Positions 40,127 through 48,427 of a stretch of 64,000 nt of DNA are shown in pieces; position 1 is the stretch's first letter, and each line of letters starts with the position of its first letter. The DNA comes from a virus: IMG/VR virus record IMGVR_UViG_3300037502_002304, positions 26,012 through 90,011 of that record; one strand, written 5' to 3'. The notes under the pieces are model-generated. The model ran no database searches. It saw nothing but the letters and a program-made list of their open reading frames with translations, and was not told where the DNA came from. Made by a program: the position numbers and the translations under genes.

Positions 40127-40351
40127 CTAGAAGGGAAGGTCTTCTACTTCAGGCTCTCCGAAGGCTTCATCACGAAGCCTCCTGGCCTCATCAAGGGAGA
40201 CGTTGTACTCCCTTGAGAAGCGTCTGCAGATTTCGTCAACAAAGTCCGAGCTTTGTACACTTGGATCTTGCATCACTTCCTCCTCAATCTGGAGGAAGGT
40301 CCAAGATGTTTCATTAATTTCCATGATACTTAGTTTTAATTGGTTAACCAT
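40127..40351 (-). CDS. Small acidic early protein (start probably MEINET)
   Basis: Behind promoter copy 9; ends EDLPF. Confidence 0.65.
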   Translation of the reverse strand: MVNQLKLSIMEINETSWTFLQIEEEVMQDPSVQSSDFVDEICRRFSREYNVSLDEARRLRDEAFGEPEVEDLPF

Positions 40352-40637
40352 CAGAACTAATATAGGGATTCGATACCCATTTTATTTTCCCTACATTAGC
40401 CCAAGCTGTACCTTACCTTTTTTACCAGGGGGTACAGCCCAAAATTTCTGAAGGGAGGGGACCACTATGCGCATTATCCCTCACACACATCATATACTAT
40501 ATTTTTACTACATATCATACACTACATTTTTCTAAAAACAGGTAGGGGGGGTCTTTTATATATATAAAAATATGGGGGGGCTCTTTCTCCTAAATTAATA
40601 TAAAGTCTATAATTTTTGCAAAAAAATTTGCATAATA

Positions 40638-40670
40638 TTTGGATATTTGAAAAATATTACTTATATTAGC
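40638..40670 (+). promoter_or_regulatory. Bacteroidota-like promoter (TTTG...TATATTAGC) starting the + strand arm
   Basis: -33 TTTG and -7-like TATATTAG; similar TTTG...TATATTTG at about 41550-41581. Confidence 0.55.
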
Positions 40671-41018
40671 GTCGTGACACTCAATACCAGAGTATCCCCT
40701 TGAAAGCCTATGCGAGTAGTGGGTAGAAGTCGGGTGGTAGCTGCAGCCTTGAAATAATAGGTAAACATAGCGGTGAGATGTCCCCGATAGTCACAAAAAT
40801 TACTTAGGGAGCCAGCTTCGAATCTCGAGAGGAGAAGTTAACAGTTGGGGCGGATAAGAGAGAAGGTAACTCTGGTGAAATTACACCGCAACGTCGTCCC
40901 TGGGTATCCTAGAAATAGGAAGCACTGCTGATGGCTTACGAAAGACCTAAGTTAATGAGTCCCGAAAAAACTGGGATATGAGTCTTTAAGGGCTCAGTGT
41001 ATCTTTTTAAAAGATACT
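40671..41018 (+). ncRNA. Candidate large structured ncRNA, about 350 nt
   Basis: GC-enriched stretch with no ORF in the track, many nested helices and one long-range 8-bp pairing (see findings). Confidence 0.55.
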
Positions 41019-41053
41019 AAACAGTTACTAACAATTACTTAAACTTTTAAGTT

Positions 41054-41449
41054 ATGAGAGATATTAAAAGAATTATTATTCACTGTAGTGATTCAGATAA
41101 TCCTAAACATGATGATATATCTGTCATTGATCAGTGGCATAAAGAAAGAGGTTGGAAAAAAGTAGGTTATCACTACTTTATACAATCTGATGGTAATAAA
41201 CAAGTGGGTAGAGATATAGAGGAAGTTGGGGCTCATTGTTATGGTTATAATGAAGATTCTATAGGTATTTGTCTTCATGGTAAGAATCACTTTACTAAAG
41301 AACAGTTTATAACATTAGCAGAACTTATTAAGGATATAAAAGATAAGTTTAGTATTTCAGAAGTAGAAGGACATAATCATTATAATAAGCATAAGACCTG
41401 TCCTAATTTTGACGTTAATTGGTTTAAGAAGACATATTTATACAGATAA
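41054..41449 (+). CDS. N-acetylmuramoyl-L-alanine amidase (T7 lysozyme-like endolysin)
   Basis: IIIHCS, GYHY, GAHC.GYN..SIGICL, GH...KTCPNF. Confidence 0.92.
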   Translation: MRDIKRIIIHCSDSDNPKHDDISVIDQWHKERGWKKVGYHYFIQSDGNKQVGRDIEEVGAHCYGYNEDSIGICLHGKNHFTKEQFITLAELIKDIKDKFSISEVEGHNHYNKHKTCPNFDVNWFKKTYLYR

Positions 41450-41497
41450 CATACTTATCTCTAATACATCCCAACAAGGTTACCCAAGCATTTAAAT

Positions 41498-41529
41498 CCC
41501 TAGGTAAAACGTTACTTAGGGATTTTTTT
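41498..41529 (+). terminator. Rho-independent terminator
   Basis: CCCTAGGTAA-aacg-TTACTTAGGG-ATTTTTTT. Confidence 0.75.
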
Positions 41530-41603
41530 ATAAAAAATATTACAAAATATTTGCATATATAAGAAAAAATACTTATATTTGTACTGTAATTAAAGAATGG
41601 TAT

Positions 41604-41993
41604 ATGGATGGGAAAGTAGTTAAATATAAACTACCTGATGTTAGATTAGGTATAGATGATTTAAAATCAGAATATGCTTTTGTATCAGCTGACCAAGGTG
41701 GGGGGAGATATACAAATTCAGTAGAAGAATATAAAAATAGTGGAGGGTGGTTAATATGTATATTTCCTGATATTAACCCATACGATCAAGAAGCTGTTAA
41801 TAAAGAAGCTGCTAGAAGAGCGGATTTTAATAGAAAGTATATTGAGAGTTTGAAAAAATCAGGAGAATATGGGAGAATAGTAGATGGTGGTTATATGTAT
41901 TTAAAACATTGTGATAAATATGATAATCCAGTTAATAACAATGAAACGTTAGAAAATTATAGATTAGCAATCTTAAATTTTTCAGAAGAATAA
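41604..41993 (+). CDS. Hypothetical protein
   Basis: ORF downstream of promoter. Confidence 0.65.
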   Translation: MDGKVVKYKLPDVRLGIDDLKSEYAFVSADQGGGRYTNSVEEYKNSGGWLICIFPDINPYDQEAVNKEAARRADFNRKYIESLKKSGEYGRIVDGGYMYLKHCDKYDNPVNNNETLENYRLAILNFSEE

Positions 41994-42013
41994 TAATTAA
42001 AACAACTTAGCAT

Positions 42014-42391
42014 ATGGAAAAGAGAGTATTTTTAAAGTTACCTGGTAAGACTTTTATAAGTGAGAAGGCAAGGTCAGAGTATTTTGATAGGGTAGAAAAA
42101 GCTCAGAATCTTAAGATTGATCCTTCTTCTATAGACATAGAACCTTATCTAAAGGATGATGACCTTTATATAGATTCTAATGAAATTATTTCCTTTAAAA
42201 GGGCTGGTAAGTATGTAGATATACTTTTAGCAGGAGACCCTGAATATACTAGAATATACATGCCTTTTGAAGAGTTTTTAAGATACTCTGAATTTGTAGT
42301 TAAAGTTAATCAAGAATCTTTAAGTTCAGAAAATATTGAAAAATATTTAAATGAGGTATATAATAATACAGATGACAATAAAGAGGTGTGA
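42014..42391 (+). CDS. Hypothetical protein
   Basis: Packed ORF. Confidence 0.65.
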   Translation: MEKRVFLKLPGKTFISEKARSEYFDRVEKAQNLKIDPSSIDIEPYLKDDDLYIDSNEIISFKRAGKYVDILLAGDPEYTRIYMPFEEFLRYSEFVVKVNQESLSSENIEKYLNEVYNNTDDNKEV

Positions 42392-42421
42392 AGATATTTT
42401 TTTAACTTAAAACAATTTAGT

Positions 42422-42712
42422 ATGAATAGAGATGTATTTTTACTTAATTTATTAAATGTATTAACTCCTATGTATGGAAAAGATACAGGGGCCACAGAGT
42501 TGTATCAAAAAGTTATTGAGGAACTCTCACAATATTTTTCTTCTACTGAAGAAGATGAAGAGCAGGAAGAGATTCCTGAAGAATTAAGAGATAAGTTTAA
42601 AGAGTTAGAGAAATTAGCTGATGAAGTTGCGGAAAGTATTTCTAAAGCTACGCAGAAAAATACTGAAGATATTTTTAAAATACTTTATGAATACCCTTTA
42701 AATAGAAAATAA
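42422..42712 (+). CDS. Hypothetical acidic protein
   Basis: Packed ORF. Confidence 0.65.
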   Translation: MNRDVFLLNLLNVLTPMYGKDTGATELYQKVIEELSQYFSSTEEDEEQEEIPEELRDKFKELEKLADEVAESISKATQKNTEDIFKILYEYPLNRK

Positions 42713-42750
42713 TTTTAGTACATTAATCTTTAATTTAAAACTTAGTAATT

Positions 42751-43104
42751 ATGGAGACAGGCAACAATCAAAAAGTACAACAGTACGCAACAGATTTGAA
42801 TAAAGTAAAGGACATTAAAAAGGTAAATATAGCTCCAGGACATGTAATGATTGAGTTAATCCAGAAGAAAGATAGTAAGATTATCCTTCCTGAAGGTTCT
42901 GGAGTTAACTCTCTAGTAATAGCTAAAGTTGTTAAAGTTGGGGAGAATGTAAAGACAGTAAAGACTGGAGATATTGTATTAGAAGTTAAATCATTTGGTC
43001 CACATTCTTTTTCTAGATGTAAAAAAGATGATAAAATTTATCTTGTAACTGACCAATATAATATTTTATTATGGACTTCCTTAGATAATTACGAAGCTAA
43101 GTAG
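42751..43104 (+). CDS. GroES/Cpn10-like co-chaperonin
   Basis: SKIILPE mobile loop; AKVVKVGENVKTVKTGDIVL. Confidence 0.7.
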   Translation: METGNNQKVQQYATDLNKVKDIKKVNIAPGHVMIELIQKKDSKIILPEGSGVNSLVIAKVVKVGENVKTVKTGDIVLEVKSFGPHSFSRCKKDDKIYLVTDQYNILLWTSLDNYEAK

Positions 43105-43121
43105 AGAAGTAGTGAGTTTAA

Positions 43122-43191
43122 AGCTGGTTGGTGTAAGTAGGATAACACGCTGGATATTCCAGAGATATAGGATCGAATCCTATACCAGCTC
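43122..43191 (+). tRNA. Atypical tRNA-like gene with shortened anticodon arm (undetermined identity)
   Basis: Acceptor AGCTGGT/ACCAGCT, D-stem GTGT/ACAC, T-arm ATAGG-ATCGAAT-CCTAT; anticodon arm only 13 nt (CTGGA-TAT-TCCAG); no encoded CCA. Confidence 0.6.
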
Positions 43192-43216
43192 CTAGTTAAC
43201 ATTAAAATTTACTAAA

Positions 43217-43471
43217 ATGATAGAGGTAGGCAAGTTATTTTATAAGTATTCAAGACCTTTAAAAGAAGTAGATTATCCTGAAGAAGGAGAAATATATTAC
43301 AATGTAGAAGGTCATGCACTGAAATGTATAGGCAAAGATGAGTATGAATTTGTAGAAGGTAGTCCTTTAAAACCAGGGAATCTTATTACTGAGTTGACAC
43401 CTAAACAGTTAAATCTTTTCTGGACTTTAGTAAAGAATAAACATATATATGGTAAGAACATATATGGTTAA
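43217..43471 (+). CDS. Hypothetical protein
   Basis: Packed ORF. Confidence 0.6.
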   Translation: MIEVGKLFYKYSRPLKEVDYPEEGEIYYNVEGHALKCIGKDEYEFVEGSPLKPGNLITELTPKQLNLFWTLVKNKHIYGKNIYG

Positions 43472-43491
43472 TAACTAATAATCTTAGCATT

Positions 43492-43872
43492 ATGAGTAAC
43501 AGTAAAACTATAGTAATAAATACTACTAGGTATAAATTCTTTAGGCAATTTCTAGAATTAATAAAATCTATTCCTCCATTTAATAAATTACGTCCTAAAG
43601 AATTAGATGTATTAGCGGAACTTATGTATCAGAATGATAGATATAGTGATTTAGAGCCTAAAATCAGGCAAAAAATTATTTTTGATACTAAAACTAGGGA
43701 GGAGATAAGAAATGGCTTAAATATGACTAAAGAGAGCTTTAATAACAATCTTTCTATCCTTCGTAAACATGGAGTTCTTAGCAAAGAGAATGAATTAATG
43801 CCATTTTTAAGAAATATTTTATATGATGATAAATATGTAGTTGAATTTGTTTTTAAAGAAACACAGCCATGA
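43492..43872 (+). CDS. Putative wHTH DNA-binding protein
   Basis: LRPKELDVLAEL...REEIRNGLNMTKESFNNNLSILRKHGVL. Confidence 0.55.
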   Translation: MSNSKTIVINTTRYKFFRQFLELIKSIPPFNKLRPKELDVLAELMYQNDRYSDLEPKIRQKIIFDTKTREEIRNGLNMTKESFNNNLSILRKHGVLSKENELMPFLRNILYDDKYVVEFVFKETQP

Positions 43873-44066
43873 ATGAGTTTGATTTTGATGATAGTATGGA
43901 TTTTGGTATAGATGCTGAGGATTATGAATTCCTAAAAGAGACTAAAAATATGTTAGTTCTACAAGTCTATAATAACATTGGCGAAATAGAAGATGTTTAT
44001 ATTGGTTATGAACAAATAAAAAAGTTTATAGATGATTTTGAAAAAAGATCAAGTAGCAAGAGTTAA
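43869..44066 (+). CDS. Hypothetical protein
   Basis: ATGA overlap with previous gene. Confidence 0.55.
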   Translation: MNEFDFDDSMDFGIDAEDYEFLKETKNMLVLQVYNNIGEIEDVYIGYEQIKKFIDDFEKRSSSKS

Positions 44067-44220
44067 ATTTGATAGCTTTGAAGAGCTAGTTAAAGCTGAG
44101 CGTAGGATACGGGAAAAATTGTCTAATCACTCCCTAATTAAGGATAGATATGAGTGTAAGACAGAAATAGATGAAAAGAGTCTATGTTTAGACATATTTT
44201 TAGTAAAAATAAGAAAATGA
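44032..44220 (+). CDS. Hypothetical protein
   Basis: Packed ORF. Confidence 0.5.
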   Translation: MILKKDQVARVKFDSFEELVKAERRIREKLSNHSLIKDRYECKTEIDEKSLCLDIFLVKIRK

Positions 44221-44484
44221 TTGTTTATGCAGAATCTTATACAAAGACAAGTTAGAGATTTGATTAAAGAGATAGCTAAGGAATTTAATTTACCTTATTC
44301 TACTACTGAAGAAATAATATTCTCTCAATTTGAGTTTGTAAAGCATGCTATGTCCAAGGGAGAGAAAGGTAACCCTGATACCTTTGAAACTATTCTTTTA
44401 AGAAGATTAGGTACATTTGAGGCTTCTAAAAATAAGATTAACTATATGACAGCTAATAGTAAAAAAGGCAAGAAAGATGCGTAA
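44221..44484 (+). CDS. HU/IHF-like DNA-binding protein
   Basis: LIKEIAKEFNLP....EEII...F......M.KG......I.LRRLGTF. Confidence 0.75.
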   Translation: MFMQNLIQRQVRDLIKEIAKEFNLPYSTTEEIIFSQFEFVKHAMSKGEKGNPDTFETILLRRLGTFEASKNKINYMTANSKKGKKDA

Positions 44485-45043
44485 TATATTAGAGAATTTT
44501 TCTCCTGGAATAAACTTTTGGGATGTAAATCCACAGTTTACTACTGTAAATCCTTTTAGGAGATTATGGAAGAGTGATAAATCTAGGGGTAAGGGCACTT
44601 CTTCTAATATAATGTGGGCTATAGCTTTAGTGTATCATCCTAAATCAGATATGTATTATCTTAGTGACGCTAAAGAAAGGGTAGCTATTGATTTCTTAAA
44701 GATTAAGGAAGATAAAGTAGATGAATTTTGGGAAGAGCATAAAGCATTGGTAGATGCTTTTATAGATGCTGCCTTAACTCAAGCAGAGAAATCTTTGAGA
44801 GCTTGGGAGATTAGAATGAAGAAACGAGATGAATTTCTATCAAACCAAGATTATACATTTGGATATGTTGATGAGAATAAGATAGAGCATAAAGATAATA
44901 CTAAACAATTAGATGATATGTTAGCTAAGACTGCTAAAATTTACGAAGAGTTCTTTAAGATTAAGAAAGAACTTGAAGAAGAAGCCTTCTCTGAGGAATC
45001 TTCTAAAAAGGTTAAAAGTGCAACTGCAACTGGAGATCTATAA
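44477..45043 (+). CDS. Protein upstream of terminase (possible small subunit)
   Basis: Position only; helical protein. Confidence 0.5.
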   Translation: MRNILENFSPGINFWDVNPQFTTVNPFRRLWKSDKSRGKGTSSNIMWAIALVYHPKSDMYYLSDAKERVAIDFLKIKEDKVDEFWEEHKALVDAFIDAALTQAEKSLRAWEIRMKKRDEFLSNQDYTFGYVDENKIEHKDNTKQLDDMLAKTAKIYEEFFKIKKELEEEAFSEESSKKVKSATATGDL

Positions 45044-45055
45044 TAGAATTGAGAT

Positions 45056-48000
45056 ATGGTAAATAATGATAATTTTTTAATTAAAGAAATACCGATATTC
45101 CACCCAATTTCACAGAAATTTGAGCGTATAAACTTTTTTAAAGATATTAAACGTAAGATGTTTGAGGGGATGTGGTCTGGTAACAGATGGTGTCCCCCTG
45201 AATTATTTTTTCACGTAAATTTAAGTACCATACAGTTTTTAGGAGGTGGTAGAAAAGTTAGTGGTATAGGAAGGCCATGGTTCCGTGATATAGAATGGGA
45301 AAAAGCCTATATTTATACAGAAGCATGTGGATTTAGTGGTTTTAGAGATGACCCTGAATATACTTGTTTAAGAGAAGTTCAGGAGATGACTAAAGAAGAG
45401 ATTTATAATGAATTTTGTCTAGATCATCATGGTAATCTAATAGAAGATAATTATAAAGCCTTATTTAAAAAGGATGGGTCTCTAAAGAAATATATGCCTG
45501 CTAGAGAATATCTATGGCGTACAGATATGAACTCTTCTTTTGGCCCTCATATGTACCTAAATCAAGCTAAGAACGTTGTAGATTTTGAAGGCAGAGGATG
45601 TCTCGCAGAGGGAACTGAAGTTTTAATGTATGATGGTTCCATTAAAAAAATAGAGGATATTGTGATAGGTGATGAATTAATGGGTAAAGACTCCACATGT
45701 AGAACCGTGTTGGATATCCACTCTGGAGAAGATTATCTGTATACGCTGAGGCATTCAGACAAGAGCTTTGATGATATCACTGTTACAAAAGATCATAGGG
45801 TTTCTATAAAAAAGAGGTGTTACAACAATGGTAAATATGTAAATGGTAAAAGGACTAATGGAACTTACCATTATGAGTATGTTGACTATACTGTTGAGGA
45901 ACTTAAAAATGTAGAGAGTCAAGCATCTTTTAAAGATGTTTATCATAGATATAAACCAAATATTAGTTTGGAGTTTAAGAATAGTAAGACACCAACAATA
46001 GATCCTTATTATTTTGGACTTTGGTTAGCTGATGGCAGAAGCAATTGCACCTCTATTAAAACTACTGATCCAGTTTTATGGGAATACTTAGAGAATTTCG
46101 CTAAGGATAATAAAATTGATTATAAAGTATCCATTACAAAGGCTGCCTATAACCGAAAAGAAGCTAGAGAGTATTATTATAAAGATAATTATTTTAGACA
46201 ATGTTTTAAAGACTATGGATTACTTTATAAAAAAGGTTGTGTTCCTGATAAATATATACCAAATGATTTTTTAACTGCTACCAAAGATGTTAGACTACAA
46301 TTGCTTGCGGGTATTATTGATGGGGATGGAACCTATGATACTAACAGAAAACATTTTGTAATATGTGTAGGACTGAATAAAGACTTGGCAAATTCTTATT
46401 TAAGGCTAGTACAGTCATTGGGATTTAGAGGTAGTTTAACTTCTAGGAATAGAAAGGGTTACAAAAAAATTTTCATGGTTAGGGTAAGTGGTAATATAGA
46501 GACAATACCAACCAAGCTTTATAGAAAGCAAGCATCTAAAATTATACATAGAGTAGATTTAAATAGTTCTTCTTTTAAAATAGAACCTAAAGGATTTGGT
46601 AAGTATTACGGATTAGTGGTAGATGTAGATGGAGAATATCTGCTAAAAGATTTTAGTGTAGATCATAACAGTGGAAAATCGTATTGGGCATCCTCTTGTA
46701 TTCAACACAATCTACTTACTGATGGTGCCAGAAGTTATGATGCTTATTTAGAAGGACGTAAGACTGGTAACCTTAAATCTATTTCTCAGACTCTAGTAGG
46801 AGCTATAGAAGCTAAGTATAGCATGGATTTGCTAGATAAAGTTAAATTCTCTCTAGAACACCTTCCTGGAAAACTTACTATTCGCATTAATGGGGAGGAT
46901 AAAGACTTTCCATCACCTCTAATGCCTGAATTATCAGGTAGTTGGGCTCCTGCTAAATCTATAAGAGATACACTTTCTGGAAGTAGTATTGTACATCGTA
47001 CCTTCCAAGATAATCCATTGGCTGCTAACGGTACTCGTCCTAATAGAGCTTTTATAGAAGAGGTTGGTTTTATGAGTAACATACAGGAGGTACTTGGTGC
47101 AGTAGAAGCTACACAGCCTAATAAACAGACTAATAAATATTTACCTATATATATGCTTGGTACTGGTGGTTATACTACTACTGGTACTGCTATCTGGCTT
47201 AAAGAAATCTTTTATAATCCAGAAGCATTTGATTGTTTAGCTTTTGATGATGTTTGGGAAAATAAAGGTAAGATAGGATATTTTTTACCAGCTACTAAAA
47301 GCCAAAATGATTTCAAAGAAGGGCCTAATCTTATATCTAATGAAGAAAAGGCTTTAGAATCTATAATGAAGGCCAGAGAAAAAGCTAAGTCTTCTAATAA
47401 TAAAGTAAAATTACTTACTGAAATTATTAACCAACCTATTAAACCTTCTGAAGTATTTAAAACTATAGAAGGTAATTTCTTTCCTACTGAAGAACTAACA
47501 GAAATATTAGCAGATTTAGAATCTAAAGAATATCTATTGAATTCTACTCATAGGTATGAATTTAACATTATTAAAGGGAAAGTAGTTCCCAAAGTATCTG
47601 ATAAACAGCCGATACGGGAATTCCCGCTTCGGAAAGGATTAGAAATGGATGCTTGTGTAGAAATATTTGAGCTTCCTAAGAGAGATAAAGATGGGAATAT
47701 ACCTTATGGTAGATACTTAGCTGGTTGGGACCCAGTAGAAACAGATGGTAATGAAGATACTAATCAATCATTACAGTCATTAATAATATTAGATTCATGG
47801 ACAGATAGGATAGTAGCTGAATATACTGCTAGAACCTATATATCAGAAGAGTATTATGAACAAGCTAGAAGGCTATTAATGTTTTATAATGCTATATGTA
47901 ATTATGAAAGTAACATAAAAGGGCCTTATGGATACTTTAAAAATAAGAATTCATTACATTTATTATGTGATACTCCTGAAATTCTAAAAGATGAGTCTTT

Positions 48001-48355
48001 AATTAAAACTTCTAATATAGGCAATAAATCTAAAGGAACTAGGACTAATGCCAGTATAATTGACTGGGGATTAAGGTTAGTATTAACTTATTTAGAGACT
48101 CAAGCTTATGATAAGCCTGAAGGATATAGAAACATGGATACCATTAAGTCTCCTGCAATACTAAAGGAGCTTATTTCCTATTCTCCTGAAATAAATACAG
48201 ACCGTGTAAGTGCTTTAATAATGTTAATGATTCTTAGAGAAGATAGAGCTCGTATTACAGATATAAGTAGGAGGGAAAGAATCAAAACTAAAGCTAATGA
48301 TAGATTTTGGAAAAAACACTTTAATAAAGCATTAAAAATTCCTAATTATAGATAA
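45056..48355 (+). CDS. terL: Terminase large subunit with intein
   Basis: Spliced Walker A GRG|SGKSY; Walker B-like FIEEVG; GTGG; nuclease GWDP, YESN, NTDRVSA. Confidence 0.9.
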   Translation: MVNNDNFLIKEIPIFHPISQKFERINFFKDIKRKMFEGMWSGNRWCPPELFFHVNLSTIQFLGGGRKVSGIGRPWFRDIEWEKAYIYTEACGFSGFRDDPEYTCLREVQEMTKEEIYNEFCLDHHGNLIEDNYKALFKKDGSLKKYMPAREYLWRTDMNSSFGPHMYLNQAKNVVDFEGRGCLAEGTEVLMYDGSIKKIEDIVIGDELMGKDSTCRTVLDIHSGEDYLYTLRHSDKSFDDITVTKDHRVSIKKRCYNNGKYVNGKRTNGTYHYEYVDYTVEELKNVESQASFKDVYHRYKPNISLEFKNSKTPTIDPYYFGLWLADGRSNCTSIKTTDPVLWEYLENFAKDNKIDYKVSITKAAYNRKEAREYYYKDNYFRQCFKDYGLLYKKGCVPDKYIPNDFLTATKDVRLQLLAGIIDGDGTYDTNRKHFVICVGLNKDLANSYLRLVQSLGFRGSLTSRNRKGYKKIFMVRVSGNIETIPTKLYRKQASKIIHRVDLNSSSFKIEPKGFGKYYGLVVDVDGEYLLKDFSVDHNSGKSYWASSCIQHNLLTDGARSYDAYLEGRKTGNLKSISQTLVGAIEAKYSMDLLDKVKFSLEHLPGKLTIRINGEDKDFPSPLMPELSGSWAPAKSIRDTLSGSSIVHRTFQDNPLAANGTRPNRAFIEEVGFMSNIQEVLGAVEATQPNKQTNKYLPIYMLGTGGYTTTGTAIWLKEIFYNPEAFDCLAFDDVWENKGKIGYFLPATKSQNDFKEGPNLISNEEKALESIMKAREKAKSSNNKVKLLTEIINQPIKPSEVFKTIEGNFFPTEELTEILADLESKEYLLNSTHRYEFNIIKGKVVPKVSDKQPIREFPLRKGLEMDACVEIFELPKRDKDGNIPYGRYLAGWDPVETDGNEDTNQSLQSLIILDSWTDRIVAEYTARTYISEEYYEQARRLLMFYNAICNYESNIKGPYGYFKNKNSLHLLCDTPEILKDESLIKTSNIGNKSKGTRTNASIIDWGLRLVLTYLETQAYDKPEGYRNMDTIKSPAILKELISYSPEINTDRVSALIMLMILREDRARITDISRRERIKTKANDRFWKKHFNKALKIPNYR
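45599..46669 (+). mobile_element. Intein (357 aa) with LAGLIDADG endonuclease
   Basis: Starts CLAEGT; block B TKDH; GLWLADG and LAGIIDGDG; ends DHN followed by +1 Ser. Confidence 0.92.
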
Positions 48356-48367
48356 AGTCTATTAGAA
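48355..48367 (+). promoter_or_regulatory. Late-promoter upstream box AAGTCTATTAGAA (also 52297-52309, 58085-58097; partial at 40603-40610)
   Basis: Exact 13-mer before portal, scaffold/capsid and fibre genes, each followed by TTTG and a -7-like element. Confidence 0.7.
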
Positions 48368-48427
48368 GTTAATTTTTATTTGATTATAATAAAATATAAT
48401 TATATTATTGCAAAAATTTGATATGAG

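Larger units (their letters stand above)
36993..40383 (-). repeat. Nine dispersed copies of a promoter-like motif AAAATGgGrCTC-N~10-CATCCYT-N~9-CT(G)ATG(TTTAAC)
   Basis: Copies at about 36993-37032, 37764-37806, 38137-38180, 38500-38540, 38825-38866, 39302-39342, 39541-39580, 40007-40041 and 40349-40383, each just upstream of a minus-strand gene or RNA. Confidence 0.8.

Noticed and set aside
38215-40351. Shared MFNFK/MFNQL/MVNQL N-terminal peptide on four early proteins
   Set aside because: The ATG belongs to the promoter motif and is out of frame or stopped in other copies; downstream Met starts are more plausible
36993-40383. CRISPR array or integron
   Set aside because: Repeats are degenerate and separated by whole genes; no cas or integrase gene is present
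40671-41018. RNase P RNA or group II intron identity
   Set aside because: Only scattered short resemblances (GAAGUCGGG, GGUAAAC, GGCUUA); no proper P4 pairing or domain V found
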